DNA of 64,000 nucleotides from an uncultured Poribacteria bacterium (GCA_958296135.2 CATQHZ020000001.1:3968001-4032000), one strand, 5' to 3'. Counted from the first letter of the stretch, positions 9,781-19,734 are shown. Numbers and translations: made by a program. Notes: generated by a model from the sequence alone, not told the origin.

Positions 9781-11074
9781 ACTCAAAGAACAATTGACGA
9801 TTTTCCCCGCAACTGCCGCGCCCGATGTCCCCATAGACACGTCTGATTCCGAAGAAATAGTGCGCGTCTCTTTTCGGGAACTCGTCTCGGAAATTCGGAA
9901 TACCGGCTACCTGACGCACGCCATTGTTGCGTATCCGGCGAAATTCATCCCGCAAGTCGTAAGGTACGCAATTGACGCTTACACAAGCGAAGGCGATTGG
10001 ATTGCCGATCCGTTTGCCGGTTCGGGAACAGTAGGCGTAGAGGCATCTCTGTGCAAACGCAATGCCATGCTCCTCGATCTGAATCCGCTTCTGAACCATC
10101 TCATGCCGATGAAGGTTTACCGGGGGAAAGAGCCGCTGCGCGAGGAGATATTGTGGGAGAAGTTGGAACGCATGGCACAGAGCACCGAGCAGTTTCTTCC
10201 CCCCTGGTCAAACGTCACCTATTGGTATCCGGCGGAGATACTGGAAGTCCTCTCGCACTATTGGGGCTTCATCAAAGCCGAGGACGACTGCATCTATACG
10301 CGAATTATCGAATCGGCGTTGCTGAAGGCGGGCAAGCACTTTTCGTATGCCGAGCACCGCACGCCGAAACTCGCACGCTCCAAAAGCAAGTTGAAAGCCA
10401 TCGAGGCACTACTTCAAGAAGACTGGGAAACGCAGCTAAGGGCCATGGTGGGCAGCCGCTCTCTGAAAACGCTCAGGAGCCTCAACGAATTTGTCAGCGT
10501 CACACGGCAGCACGACAGTCGTGTCGAAAGTCGTGTTGAATTTCATGGCGGCGTGGACTCGTCCTATCACCGGATTGAGCGGGAATGCAACGCGCTAATC
10601 ACCTCGCCGCCGTACCTGCAAGCCCAAGAATACATCCGTTCAACGAAGATGGAGTTGTTCTGGCTCGGCTACAGCGAAGAGAGGATTCGCGAACTGTCGC
10701 GACTGGAGATTCCCTATCGGAAGGCAGACCGGATGATTCACACGCCAACGCTGGAGAAAATCCGCGCAATGTTGAAACGGCCAGACCTGGGGAAGCGGCT
10801 CGATTCGTATTTCTGCCACACCCTCAACGCTCTTGAAAACGCAATGGATTCCTTGGAACCGGGAGCACCAGCTTGCATCTTCGTTGGCAACCCGAAGATC
10901 GATGGCATAGAGGTGGAAATCTGGCGGATAGTGATGGAGTACTTCACTGAACGCGGGTTTGCTTTCGAGAAAGTCTATGAGGATAGAATTCAGACGCGGA
11001 AACTCTTCGGCGCACGGAAAAACAAGAACCCAGACGGAATGAAATCCGAATTTATGCTGGTTTTGCGAAAATGA
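9767..11074 (+). CDS. DNA methyltransferase (probably N4-cytosine, alpha motif order)
   Basis: YPAKFIP, motif I DPFAGSGT before motif IV TSPPY. Confidence 0.88.
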   Translation: MTNRKLKEQLTIFPATAAPDVPIDTSDSEEIVRVSFRELVSEIRNTGYLTHAIVAYPAKFIPQVVRYAIDAYTSEGDWIADPFAGSGTVGVEASLCKRNAMLLDLNPLLNHLMPMKVYRGKEPLREEILWEKLERMAQSTEQFLPPWSNVTYWYPAEILEVLSHYWGFIKAEDDCIYTRIIESALLKAGKHFSYAEHRTPKLARSKSKLKAIEALLQEDWETQLRAMVGSRSLKTLRSLNEFVSVTRQHDSRVESRVEFHGGVDSSYHRIERECNALITSPPYLQAQEYIRSTKMELFWLGYSEERIRELSRLEIPYRKADRMIHTPTLEKIRAMLKRPDLGKRLDSYFCHTLNALENAMDSLEPGAPACIFVGNPKIDGIEVEIWRIVMEYFTERGFAFEKVYEDRIQTRKLFGARKNKNPDGMKSEFMLVLRK

Positions 11075-12789
11075 AAACCTTAACAACACTCGTAACAACG
11101 CTGCTGCTCTATAACTGGCTCGCCACTGCCACAGCGCAATCCTTGTTACCGCAATGGACAGACATCACGCGCACAGCGGGCATCGATTTCGTCCATAACA
11201 ACGGTGCCTTCGGCGAGAAATACTTGCCCGAAACGATGGGCTCAGGCTGCGCCTTCCTCGACTACGACTCAGATGGATGGCAGGATATCCTCCTCGTCAA
11301 CGGCAAAGATTGGCCCGGGAAACCGACAGGAAGACGGCAGACGATGGGACTCTATCGCAACAACCGCGATGGCACGTTCACCGATGTCACCGAAGCCGCT
11401 GGCCTCGCAGTGCCGCTCTACGGCATGGGAGTCGCTGTCGCAGATTACGATAATGATGCAGACCCGGATATTTACATCAGCTGCCTCGGGAAAGACAGGC
11501 TCTTCCAAAACATCGGAAATGAGGATGAGGGCGCGCTTACAAAGCACGCCTACCGAGAGGTTACGGAAACCGCTGGCATTCATAACCCAGGCTTCGGAAC
11601 AAGCTGCGCATGGTTTGACTATAACAGAGATGGCTACCTCGAACTCTATGTAGCAAACTATGTGGAGTGGAGCAGAGAAACTGATATTTTTTGCACGCTA
11701 GACGGGACGAACAAATCCTACTGCACGCCTGAATCTTACGCCGGACAGGCAAGCAAACTCTTTACAAACCGAGGCAACGGCACGTTTCTCGATGTCTCCC
11801 GCATCGCACGAATTGAGGATAACACCAGCAAATCTCTAGGCGTGTGCATCTTTGATTACAACGCCGACGGGTGGCCAGACATCTTTGAGGCGAATGACAC
11901 GCAACCCAATAAACTCTATCAAAACAACGGCGATGGCACGTTCATAGAATCCGCAATGCTCGCCGGCATTGCCTATAACGAAAACGGCATCGCAACCGGG
12001 GCAATGGGCATTGACGCAGCAGACTATGACAGAAGCGGCAGGGAAAGCCTCGTTATCGGGAACTTCTCTAATGAAATGCTCAATCTCTATCATAACGAGG
12101 GCGACTTCTTTATTGACGACGCACCCATCGCGCACATCGGGAATACATCCCTGCTAACACTCACCTTCGCCTGCTTTTTCTTTGACTTCGATCTGGACGG
12201 AAACTTGGACATTTTCACCGCCAACGGACATGTGGAGACAGACATCAACGCTATCCAGAGTGAGGTGACATACGCGCAACCGCCGCACCTGTTTCACCAT
12301 CAGGAAAACGGAAAATTCACAGATGTCCTCAGCCCAGCATCCGTTGGACGGGGGCCTGGCCCTCGCCATGATGTTGGTGCCGATTTGCGCAAACCGGTTG
12401 TCGGCAGGGGGGCCGCCTACGGCGACATCGATAACGATGGTGACTGGGATTTACTTGTAACTACCTCCAACGGCCCTGCATATCTCTTCCGAAACGATGG
12501 CGGGAACCGCAACGCGTGGATTAAGATATCGCTTATCGGGCAAACCAGCAACCGTGATGGCATCGGCGCGCAGATTCGCGTTACCTCTACGTTAGGAACA
12601 CAGACGCACACTGTCAAAAGCGGTTCAAGCTACTGCTCCCAGAGTGAGCTCACCGCCATCTTCGGCCTAGGCGAGCCCTCCCAGGCTCGCATTGATAAAA
12701 TTGAGGTGCGTTGGCCCAGTGGGGCTGTCAATATCCTTCAGAACGTCACACCGAATCAGCATCTCCGCATTGAGGAGAGTGCCCCATAG
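11071..12789 (+). CDS. CRTAC1-like secreted protein (FG-GAP/VCBS repeats + ASPIC/UnbV)
   Basis: Signal peptide, repeated DYDxDGxxD motifs, C-terminal NRDGIGAQI...GSSYCSQ...FGLG...WPSG. Confidence 0.9.
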   Translation: MKTLTTLVTTLLLYNWLATATAQSLLPQWTDITRTAGIDFVHNNGAFGEKYLPETMGSGCAFLDYDSDGWQDILLVNGKDWPGKPTGRRQTMGLYRNNRDGTFTDVTEAAGLAVPLYGMGVAVADYDNDADPDIYISCLGKDRLFQNIGNEDEGALTKHAYREVTETAGIHNPGFGTSCAWFDYNRDGYLELYVANYVEWSRETDIFCTLDGTNKSYCTPESYAGQASKLFTNRGNGTFLDVSRIARIEDNTSKSLGVCIFDYNADGWPDIFEANDTQPNKLYQNNGDGTFIESAMLAGIAYNENGIATGAMGIDAADYDRSGRESLVIGNFSNEMLNLYHNEGDFFIDDAPIAHIGNTSLLTLTFACFFFDFDLDGNLDIFTANGHVETDINAIQSEVTYAQPPHLFHHQENGKFTDVLSPASVGRGPGPRHDVGADLRKPVVGRGAAYGDIDNDGDWDLLVTTSNGPAYLFRNDGGNRNAWIKISLIGQTSNRDGIGAQIRVTSTLGTQTHTVKSGSSYCSQSELTAIFGLGEPSQARIDKIEVRWPSGAVNILQNVTPNQHLRIEESAP

Positions 12790-12979
12790 AGAAAGCCCTG
12801 CCCCGCAAGTCTCGACAACGGTACGGGGAGGGCTCGAAGCGGGCAGCCGCTATGCGCCGCAGCCAAAACAACGCCTCGTGAACAACTGCCGAGAACTGCG
12901 CATGCTTGCTTGCGAAAGCCAAGCAAGCAATCTTCGGCGTTCTGTATTCAGAACGCCTACGCAGCTCTCGAAAAAAATT

Positions 12980-13408
12980 TCACAAATCAAAAATAACCTG
13001 GGCGAACCACCCACCATCCGGCGCCTGCACCACCTGCAACTGATGGTAGGTGACACTCTTAATCTCCGTGTAGACTTCGTGCTTGTCAAAATTTGCAGGT
13101 TCGCCGTAGACATCCGCCGCGACTTCCGTCACGCTACAGTGGCGGACATGGGCGCGCTTAAAGAAAATGGCCTCTGTCTCGTGTCGGAAGTTAAGTTCAT
13201 CAAGCCAGGCGACGAAGAGCTCCTCAACAGAATCCGCGGTGACGTGGATATGCACCGACACCGTCTCGTCAATCGTATCCACGACAGCAAGCGTCTCAAA
13301 GAGGCCTTGCGCGGCGTTAGCCAGTAGTGCAGTCAGATTTTCGCCGAAGACTTTTAGGCCCATATCGGCGGTATGTTCAAGGTATTCATAAGGTTTCGCG
13401 TTTCTCAT
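12980..13408 (-). CDS. Archease
   Basis: YEYLEHTAD, EIKSVTYHQL, C-terminal VIFDL; start moved to MRNAKPY. Confidence 0.9.
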   Translation of the reverse strand: MRNAKPYEYLEHTADMGLKVFGENLTALLANAAQGLFETLAVVDTIDETVSVHIHVTADSVEELFVAWLDELNFRHETEAIFFKRAHVRHCSVTEVAADVYGEPANFDKHEVYTEIKSVTYHQLQVVQAPDGGWFAQVIFDL

Positions 13409-13617
13409 ATTCTCAGTCCCGGGTGGAAGCCGAACGCCTCGCGAATGACAAATAATTCTTAGCCACGGGATACAAGCATCGCCAACGGTGATGCGCCCTG
13501 ATAAGTCAACGATATGCACCCAGGGGCTGCTGAACCACGCCTCGCGAACAACAAAAATTTTTACTATAGGATACCATAAAACTCGCCCGAGGTCAAAGAA
13601 AAATCACCGTTTCTTTC

Positions 13618-13646
13618 TTGACATTTAAAATCGTTTCGGGTATACT
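13618..13646 (+). promoter_or_regulatory. sigma70 promoter of the mod fragment
   Basis: TTGACA-17-TATACT. Confidence 0.7.
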
Positions 13647-13744
13647 TAATACCAACGTCTGAGCTGGCTAAAGGCAGGATCAGGTAGTTTATAGCCTTGA
13701 TACGAGTTCTCTCATTGAGGTTCTACAGCAAAGGTTAACCACAC

Positions 13745-14269
13745 ATGCCAATAGAAACATTTAACGATAAACTCATCCGCCGCCTCAAAACCGAGCCGCG
13801 TTTCGTTGATAACGCCGGAGAACTCATCCCCGCCGCCGTGAAAAACAGCGCGTGGCAACTTGACACCGCACTCGTCAGAATACTCCTCGGTGAACCCGAA
13901 CTCAAGGCGAAGTTCTTCACCGAAATCGATGGACACTGGCTCTTCAACTATAACACCTTCATTACCTATCTCTCCGACAAGAATTTCCTCGTTGATTCCT
14001 ACACCCGATTCCGTAACAAAATCGGCTTGAACATTGATGAGAAATTTTTGCCGGAACGCGGCGAAGTCGCACTCGTTTGGCCCTATAAGGACTGCGTTTT
14101 GGAAGGCGGCCAGACGCGCAACGAAGAACAGCGGAAAGAAGTCTTTTTCAACGAACGCCTCGCGCCAGACGAAATCAACCGGCTCCTTGAACCAAAGGGC
14201 TCGGTGCAGTGGCGAGAACTCTATGGGAATCTAGCAGAACCTACCCTAATCAAGCAGTGTGCATTTTGA
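13745..14269 (+). pseudogene. N-terminal fragment of a type III R-M Mod methyltransferase, truncated at the IS element
   Basis: KIGL...VALVWPYKDCVLEGGQ...EVFFNE.LAPDEI.RLLEPK resembles Mod N-termini; no catalytic motifs; homology ends at about 14197 and the rest of the ORF reads into the IS left end. Confidence 0.75.
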
Positions 14270-14270
14270 C

Positions 14271-14299
14271 TTGCAGTCGGCTTGGATTTGTGGTAGAAT
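14271..14299 (+). promoter_or_regulatory. Promoter inside the IS left end
   Basis: TTGCAG-17-TAGAAT with extended TG. Confidence 0.55.
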
Positions 14300-14402
14300 A
14301 TAGTTACCGTTGTGGGCGAGACATCCAAGCACGGCTTCCCGCCGTGTCTCTCGCCCAACCTACCTTGGATGGAGGTTAACCAACGGCGAACGGTGACGCT
14401 CT

Positions 14403-15512
14403 ATGACATTGAAATCGCATTTAATTGCGTTAGACCCGAATAATAAGCAGGCGACGCTGCTTGCAAAGCACTGCGGCTATGCCCGCGTTGCCCGTAACCA
14501 TGCGCTCTCGGAATTCAAGGCGGCACTCGACCGCGATGAATTCCTATCCGATATGGACTTGCGCAAAAGATTCAACGCCGTGAAAGATGAACGCTACCCG
14601 TGGTGCCGCAAGCTCAGTCAAAATGCATCGAAGAATGGGATTTGCAATCTCGGTGATGCAGTGAAACGCTGGGTCTCTAAACAGAACCGCTTCCCGCGCT
14701 ATAAGAAACGATCTGGTAGGATATCCTACCAAGCTGACAATGGCGCAGGCACGGTGAAGGTAGAGAGAAAGCGTGTCAAACTGCCGACGATAGGCTGGGT
14801 TCGCCTACGCGAGAAGTTACGATGGCGCGGCGAGATACGCAAGTGTGTCGTCTCGAAACGTGCAGGCAGGTGGTTCATATCGGTTCTCGTGAAGGTGGTT
14901 TCCGACAGTGCGCCACGTGTGCGTTCACAGGAGCAGCCGCCGCGTATCGTTGGTGTCAATGTAGGCATTAAGACACTCGCCGTGACATCTGATGGTGCTG
15001 AGTTTGAAAACCCGAAGGCACTCTACCGAAACCTGCGGAAGTTACGGCGTGCGCAACGTCAGCTCTCTCGTTCGGTTTATCGGAGTAGAAACTGGTATCG
15101 CAAGCAGTTCCGCGTGCAGAAGATTCACTATCGTATCTGCTGTCTGCGTGAGGATGCCCATCATAAGGCAAGCACGGCGATTGTGAAGTCGGCTGACGTT
15201 CTCGGCATCGAGAGTCTTCGTGTGGCGGGCTTGTTGAAAAACCGCCGTCTTGCAAAGGCGTTGAGCGATGCGTCATTAAGTGGTTTCCTGACGATGCTTC
15301 GGTATAAAGCAGCGGCACACGGCGTTGAGATTATCGAAGCACCGTCGAACTTCCCGTCATCGAAGACGTGCAGTGCTTGCGGGAATAAAAAGAAGAAGTT
15401 GTCCCTCTCGGAGCGGACATATCACTGCGAGGCATGTGGCGTGGGTATCGACCGCGACTTGAATGCCGCGCATAACTTAAGAAACCTCGCCGCGAGCTTG
15501 ACGGAGAGGTAA
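14403..15512 (+). CDS. tnpB: TnpB RNA-guided nuclease family protein, RuvC-I Asp replaced by Asn
   Basis: N-terminal HCGYARVARN, VGVNVGIK (RuvC-I), IESL (RuvC-II), CSAC..CEAC zinc finger, DRDLNAA (RuvC-III). Confidence 0.92.
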   Translation: MTLKSHLIALDPNNKQATLLAKHCGYARVARNHALSEFKAALDRDEFLSDMDLRKRFNAVKDERYPWCRKLSQNASKNGICNLGDAVKRWVSKQNRFPRYKKRSGRISYQADNGAGTVKVERKRVKLPTIGWVRLREKLRWRGEIRKCVVSKRAGRWFISVLVKVVSDSAPRVRSQEQPPRIVGVNVGIKTLAVTSDGAEFENPKALYRNLRKLRRAQRQLSRSVYRSRNWYRKQFRVQKIHYRICCLREDAHHKASTAIVKSADVLGIESLRVAGLLKNRRLAKALSDASLSGFLTMLRYKAAAHGVEIIEAPSNFPSSKTCSACGNKKKKLSLSERTYHCEACGVGIDRDLNAAHNLRNLAASLTER

Positions 15513-15681
15513 AACGGCTGCGGAGCGACTATAAGCCCTCAGAGTAGGCACACCTCGTGTGCTTCGGAGGCACGCCGCATTGAAACAGCAACTACGACAG
15601 ATAAGAGGACAGGTCAGATTAGAATAGATTTGTCCAGACTATCATAAGTTCTAGGGAGCGGTGAGCGATGAAGATAAGGCA
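15490..15681 (+). ncRNA. Putative omegaRNA/reRNA (scaffold to 15661, guide about 15662-15681)
   Basis: cggagaggtaaaacggctgcggag...gaaacagcaa pattern overlapping the tnpB 3' end; hairpin gcacac-ctc-gtgtgc; ends at the right end. Confidence 0.55.
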
Positions 15682-15861
15682 CTGAATCGGGAATTCTATG
15701 GCGAATCATCATGAGAAAACAATGAGATGGTTTGAAACACGAGGCACTGTGAACCCGCTATATCTTGCAAGGCGGGACATCGTCTCATTTACACGCTCGC
15801 CAGCAGTATCCAGAACAGACTGCATCAAAATCGGCACTTCAGCGTGCGGGAGTCTGTCAAG

Positions 15862-18800
15862 ATGAGAAAGTCTCTTGTATACCTCATGCTCATTTTTCTC
15901 TCGGTGGGCGCACTTACAAAGCCCGCCCACGGGGAGGAAAGTAATGCCCCATGGCAGTGCGGCACCCCTTTGCTGATTGCGCAATCTGAGACTGCCAGAG
16001 CGCTTTTACTAAACGTAGGCCAGCAGCCCGTCCCCAATCATCACCTACCGGCAAACGAAATCAAGACCGGAAGGGCCCACCTACTGCAACCTGCCCCCGC
16101 AGCACCTGTCCAACTCGGACAGATAGACCGGTTTTTTATTCACATCCCAGAGATGGAAGTGAAAGCCACCTGCATCGCGATAGGCGAACACCTCTACGTC
16201 TACGTTGAAAACTCGGTGCGGCACCTGCTCACGAATCGGGAAGCGGTAGCCATCGCAGCGGAGTTTGACGCACGCATCTATCCCGAAGTCCGCAAGCGGA
16301 TGGGCTCTGAATTCCGACCGGGGCTTGACAGAGACAACCGCATCACGCTGTTGATGCACGATGTCGGCATGAACGCCTCCGGACGCGATTATGGCGGCTA
16401 TTTCGCACCGGCAGATCAGCTCCCAACAGCACACAATAGCAATCGGCGTGAGATGCTGTTCATGGACATCTATCAGTTCCGGGAACGCACACGACACACC
16501 TTTTACAGCAGTCTCGCACACGAATTCGGACATCTCGTTAACTGGTTTCAGAACGGCGGCACCACCGATCAGCGGTGGCTAGAGGAAGGCATCGCCTGCT
16601 TTGCCGAGTGGGCGGTCTACGGTACTGTCCACACCATTTATGTCGACGGCTATCTCGCCGCCCCCGATGTTTCACTCACCTATGCCAACACCCCGAACGT
16701 CTATTACGGCGGCGCGTTCCTGATGCTGCTCTACCTCTATGAGCAATACGGCGGCGCGCCCCTCATCCGCCGAATTGTGGAAGCGGATGCCCTCGGCCAA
16801 CAAGCGATTGAGAACGCGTTAGCCACCACGCAATCTACAGCAGGGCGAGGCACAGGTTTCCCGCGCCCCACGGGCACAACACGGACTTTTGCCGATGTCT
16901 TTCTGAACTGGGGACTCGCGAATTGGCTCAACGATAACACGCGCACCAAACAGTTTGGTTATCAAAACCTGCGTAACCGGAAGGTCACGGCTACCGTCCA
17001 GCGTGTCCGAAGTTACCCAATTTCTGCCGACACTATCCCGATTAAAACCTGGGGGGCGCACTACATCCTGTTCCAAAATCTGCCAGAGACGCTGGAAATC
17101 GCACTCAGCGGAAACGAGGGAGGAAACCTCTATGCAGCGGCACTCTATTTGCCAGCCGCTGCCCCCGCGCGCTTACAAAACGCGCCCACCCAGATTGCGT
17201 TTGATGCACAAAATAACGGAAAGACCCGGGTTGAAGGCTTACAACGAAACGGACAAATTATCCTGACAGTAACAGCAGACGCACCACAAACACTCCGATA
17301 TGTTGCAGTAGGAGAAACCCCTGCTCCCGAATTGCCCCTAGTCGGCGAACCGAGGCAACCGACTCAATCACGCGGTGAACCGCAAACCGTCACCTTCTCC
17401 CTCGGCAACCGAACGCAACCGAGCGCGAAGAAAACCAACGTATCCTATATCCTTGAACCGATGACGCAGCTCCATCTCGCCAGCGACTATCACGATATCG
17501 CGCTTCACGAGGCCACAACCGGCGAACCTTATCTCTATGCAGCCAGCGATTGGGGATTAGAAATCTTCGCGCTCATGGATGCGGGTAACCCTGTCCGCGT
17601 CGGTGAAATCGCAACGCCGAGGAAGGCTCAGGCGGTGGCAGTGAATGGCAACACGGCCTATGTCGCCGATGGAGAGGGCGGCGTGCATCTCATCGCTATC
17701 AATTCGCCGCCTGCACCGAGAATTGTCAAAACGCTCGGCGGCTTCACCGACGCGCGCAAGGTTCACATCGTCGCTGGAAAGGTTTATGTGCTGGATAGCG
17801 AACGCGGGCTACTCGTTTTTAACCAACCCGATACGCTGAACGTTCCAACGCCGAGGCCGCGCCGCTCCTTTAAAACCGCGGGCATGCCACTCCATATCTC
17901 CATTGCGGACGATGCCGTCTACCTAAGCGATAGCAGACAGGGACTTCACATTCTCAAACCGAGTCCCCTCGGCAACTTTGTAAGGGAAGCCGTTATTCCG
18001 CTCCTCGCGCACGATTTTGTCGTAACAGGAACAGGCACTGCCTATATCGCAGGCGGCAATCTCCGCGTCGTTGATTTCCAAGCCCAAGACGAAAATCCCC
18101 CTGCTCCTGTAGCGCGAGAACCTGTCCCGCGCGCGCGCCAGCCGGAAGTAATTGCAAGTCTGGGTACTCCCGGACTCGCCACCGGTATTCAGGTGGACAA
18201 CGGCACCGTTTATCTCACAGACCGGCAGGCAGGGCTGCACCTCATCAATGTCCGCAATCCTCAGCAACCGCAATGGATTTCTTCGCAACCCACGTTCGGA
18301 AATGCGAACGATGTTGCATTGTGGCGCGATTTCGCCTACATTGCCGATGGAAAAGGCGGCATCCAAACCATCGATGTCAGCACTCCGAACTCGCTGAAAT
18401 GGATACACCGCTACGCAGCCGATGGCCCGGCGTATGGACTTGATGTAGTTGTGCAGCCAAATGGAGAACGCACTGTCTACATCGCAAACGGCGCAGGCGG
18501 ATTGAAGACTGTGGTATTGACAACGCCTTATGAAGGCACCGTCACGCAGGCGTTGCCGCTTCCCGCGTCTGCCACGACAGCCCGCGTCGCGCTCGCACAA
18601 AGCGCGCACACGGATAATGGAAACCACTACGGCTTCATCGCAACCGAGACGGGGATGTCTGTCGTTGATTTAGCAGGCAACACGCTTGTGACGCACATCC
18701 CCACAGAGAACCCTGTTATGGACATCGCGCTCCATGAAGGCTACGCCTACCTCTGCGCCGAATCCCTCATCATCGTTGCGCTTGATAGGTTTGTCACTAT

Positions 18801-19623
18801 CGCCGAACGTGATATGCGCGGCAGTGCCTATCGGATTGCGGTTGACGGTTCACACGCCTACGTTGCCGCCCTAGAAGGAGGAATGCACATTTTTGACATT
18901 ACCGAACCCGCGATGCCGCGCCGCGTCTCCAGTTACGCCACGCAAGGCAACGCGACTGAAATTGCACCCGCATCGGAACGCGCGTATCTGTTGGACAGCC
19001 GCGTCGGCGTTGTCGTGCTAGATGTCACCGAACCAGACAAACCGAGACAGGTGGGACACTACGCAAACGCCGCGCTCCCCATCGATGCCAAAGTGCATGA
19101 AGACGCTCTCTATCTCCTAGACAGCGAGAGCCTTCAGATTATTGAAACGCACACGCTGACAGCCATCTCACGTTTTGAGGGACTCCGCTACCCCTTTGAA
19201 TTTAAACTTGTAGATACCGCCATCTACGTCGCCGATCTGTATCAGTTGCGCGTTTTTCAGGTGCATCCGCACCGCTTCGGGCTCGCCGTAGAGGATGAAT
19301 CGCAGTTTGCTGTAGAACAGGAACAAGCACCTTCATCGTCCGACGGTGTGTTTCACCTAGGGCAGAACTTCCCGAATCCGTTCAATCCGGAGACGTGGAT
19401 TCCATATCAACTCGCCGCCGCGGCGCATGTCACATTGTCCATTTACGACGCGGGAGGTAGGCGCGTCCATGTCAAGGTAGCTGGACATCAGCGTGCCGGC
19501 GCGCATACGGCGTATTGGGATGGCAGGAATGCTACCGGCGAACCTGTGGCAAGCGGCATCTATTTCTATACCATTGAGGCGGGGCATTTCCGCGCAACGC
19601 GGAAAATGTTTATCCAACGGTAA
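15862..19623 (+). CDS. Secreted zinc metallopeptidase + LVIVD repeats + FlgD/T9SS-like C-terminal domain
   Basis: Signal peptide, LAHEFGH...WLEEG, AYVADGxxGL-type repeats, NFPNPFNPETWIPYQL...RKMFIQR. Confidence 0.85.
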   Translation: MRKSLVYLMLIFLSVGALTKPAHGEESNAPWQCGTPLLIAQSETARALLLNVGQQPVPNHHLPANEIKTGRAHLLQPAPAAPVQLGQIDRFFIHIPEMEVKATCIAIGEHLYVYVENSVRHLLTNREAVAIAAEFDARIYPEVRKRMGSEFRPGLDRDNRITLLMHDVGMNASGRDYGGYFAPADQLPTAHNSNRREMLFMDIYQFRERTRHTFYSSLAHEFGHLVNWFQNGGTTDQRWLEEGIACFAEWAVYGTVHTIYVDGYLAAPDVSLTYANTPNVYYGGAFLMLLYLYEQYGGAPLIRRIVEADALGQQAIENALATTQSTAGRGTGFPRPTGTTRTFADVFLNWGLANWLNDNTRTKQFGYQNLRNRKVTATVQRVRSYPISADTIPIKTWGAHYILFQNLPETLEIALSGNEGGNLYAAALYLPAAAPARLQNAPTQIAFDAQNNGKTRVEGLQRNGQIILTVTADAPQTLRYVAVGETPAPELPLVGEPRQPTQSRGEPQTVTFSLGNRTQPSAKKTNVSYILEPMTQLHLASDYHDIALHEATTGEPYLYAASDWGLEIFALMDAGNPVRVGEIATPRKAQAVAVNGNTAYVADGEGGVHLIAINSPPAPRIVKTLGGFTDARKVHIVAGKVYVLDSERGLLVFNQPDTLNVPTPRPRRSFKTAGMPLHISIADDAVYLSDSRQGLHILKPSPLGNFVREAVIPLLAHDFVVTGTGTAYIAGGNLRVVDFQAQDENPPAPVAREPVPRARQPEVIASLGTPGLATGIQVDNGTVYLTDRQAGLHLINVRNPQQPQWISSQPTFGNANDVALWRDFAYIADGKGGIQTIDVSTPNSLKWIHRYAADGPAYGLDVVVQPNGERTVYIANGAGGLKTVVLTTPYEGTVTQALPLPASATTARVALAQSAHTDNGNHYGFIATETGMSVVDLAGNTLVTHIPTENPVMDIALHEGYAYLCAESLIIVALDRFVTIAERDMRGSAYRIAVDGSHAYVAALEGGMHIFDITEPAMPRRVSSYATQGNATEIAPASERAYLLDSRVGVVVLDVTEPDKPRQVGHYANAALPIDAKVHEDALYLLDSESLQIIETHTLTAISRFEGLRYPFEFKLVDTAIYVADLYQLRVFQVHPHRFGLAVEDESQFAVEQEQAPSSSDGVFHLGQNFPNPFNPETWIPYQLAAAAHVTLSIYDAGGRRVHVKVAGHQRAGAHTAYWDGRNATGEPVASGIYFYTIEAGHFRATRKMFIQR

Positions 19624-19734
19624 TTTTTCGTCCCTGAAAAATTGAATTCCTCTTGTTTTCAGAACGGACGCAAACGCCTAAAACACCCATCCGGTAAGCG
19701 CGTCCACGCGGTTTGTTCCGCGGAACTCCTATTT

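Larger units (their letters stand above)
14203..15661 (+). mobile_element. Non-autonomous IS607-like (IS200/605/607 superfamily) TnpB-only element
   Basis: GG at both junctions (ctcGGtgcagt / gggagcGG), roughly 11-bp-periodic AATCTA-like motifs at both ends in inverted orientation, no tnpA. Confidence 0.65.

Noticed and set aside
13650-13744. Structured leader upstream of the mod fragment
   Set aside because: Only short ggcta/tagcc pairing is visible; insufficient without covariation data.
15262-15270. 9-nt match of the predicted TnpB guide inside tnpB (self-targeting)
   Set aside because: Too short, and not preceded by a GG-ending TAM-like sequence.
15662-15780. Continuation of the mod gene after the IS right end
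   Set aside because: The rejoined frame stops after about 17 codons and shows no convincing Mod motifs.
19630-19710. GGACGCAAA as a c-di-GMP-I riboswitch
   Set aside because: It lacks the GGCAAAC/GAAA-loop architecture and folds as a simple hairpin after the stop.
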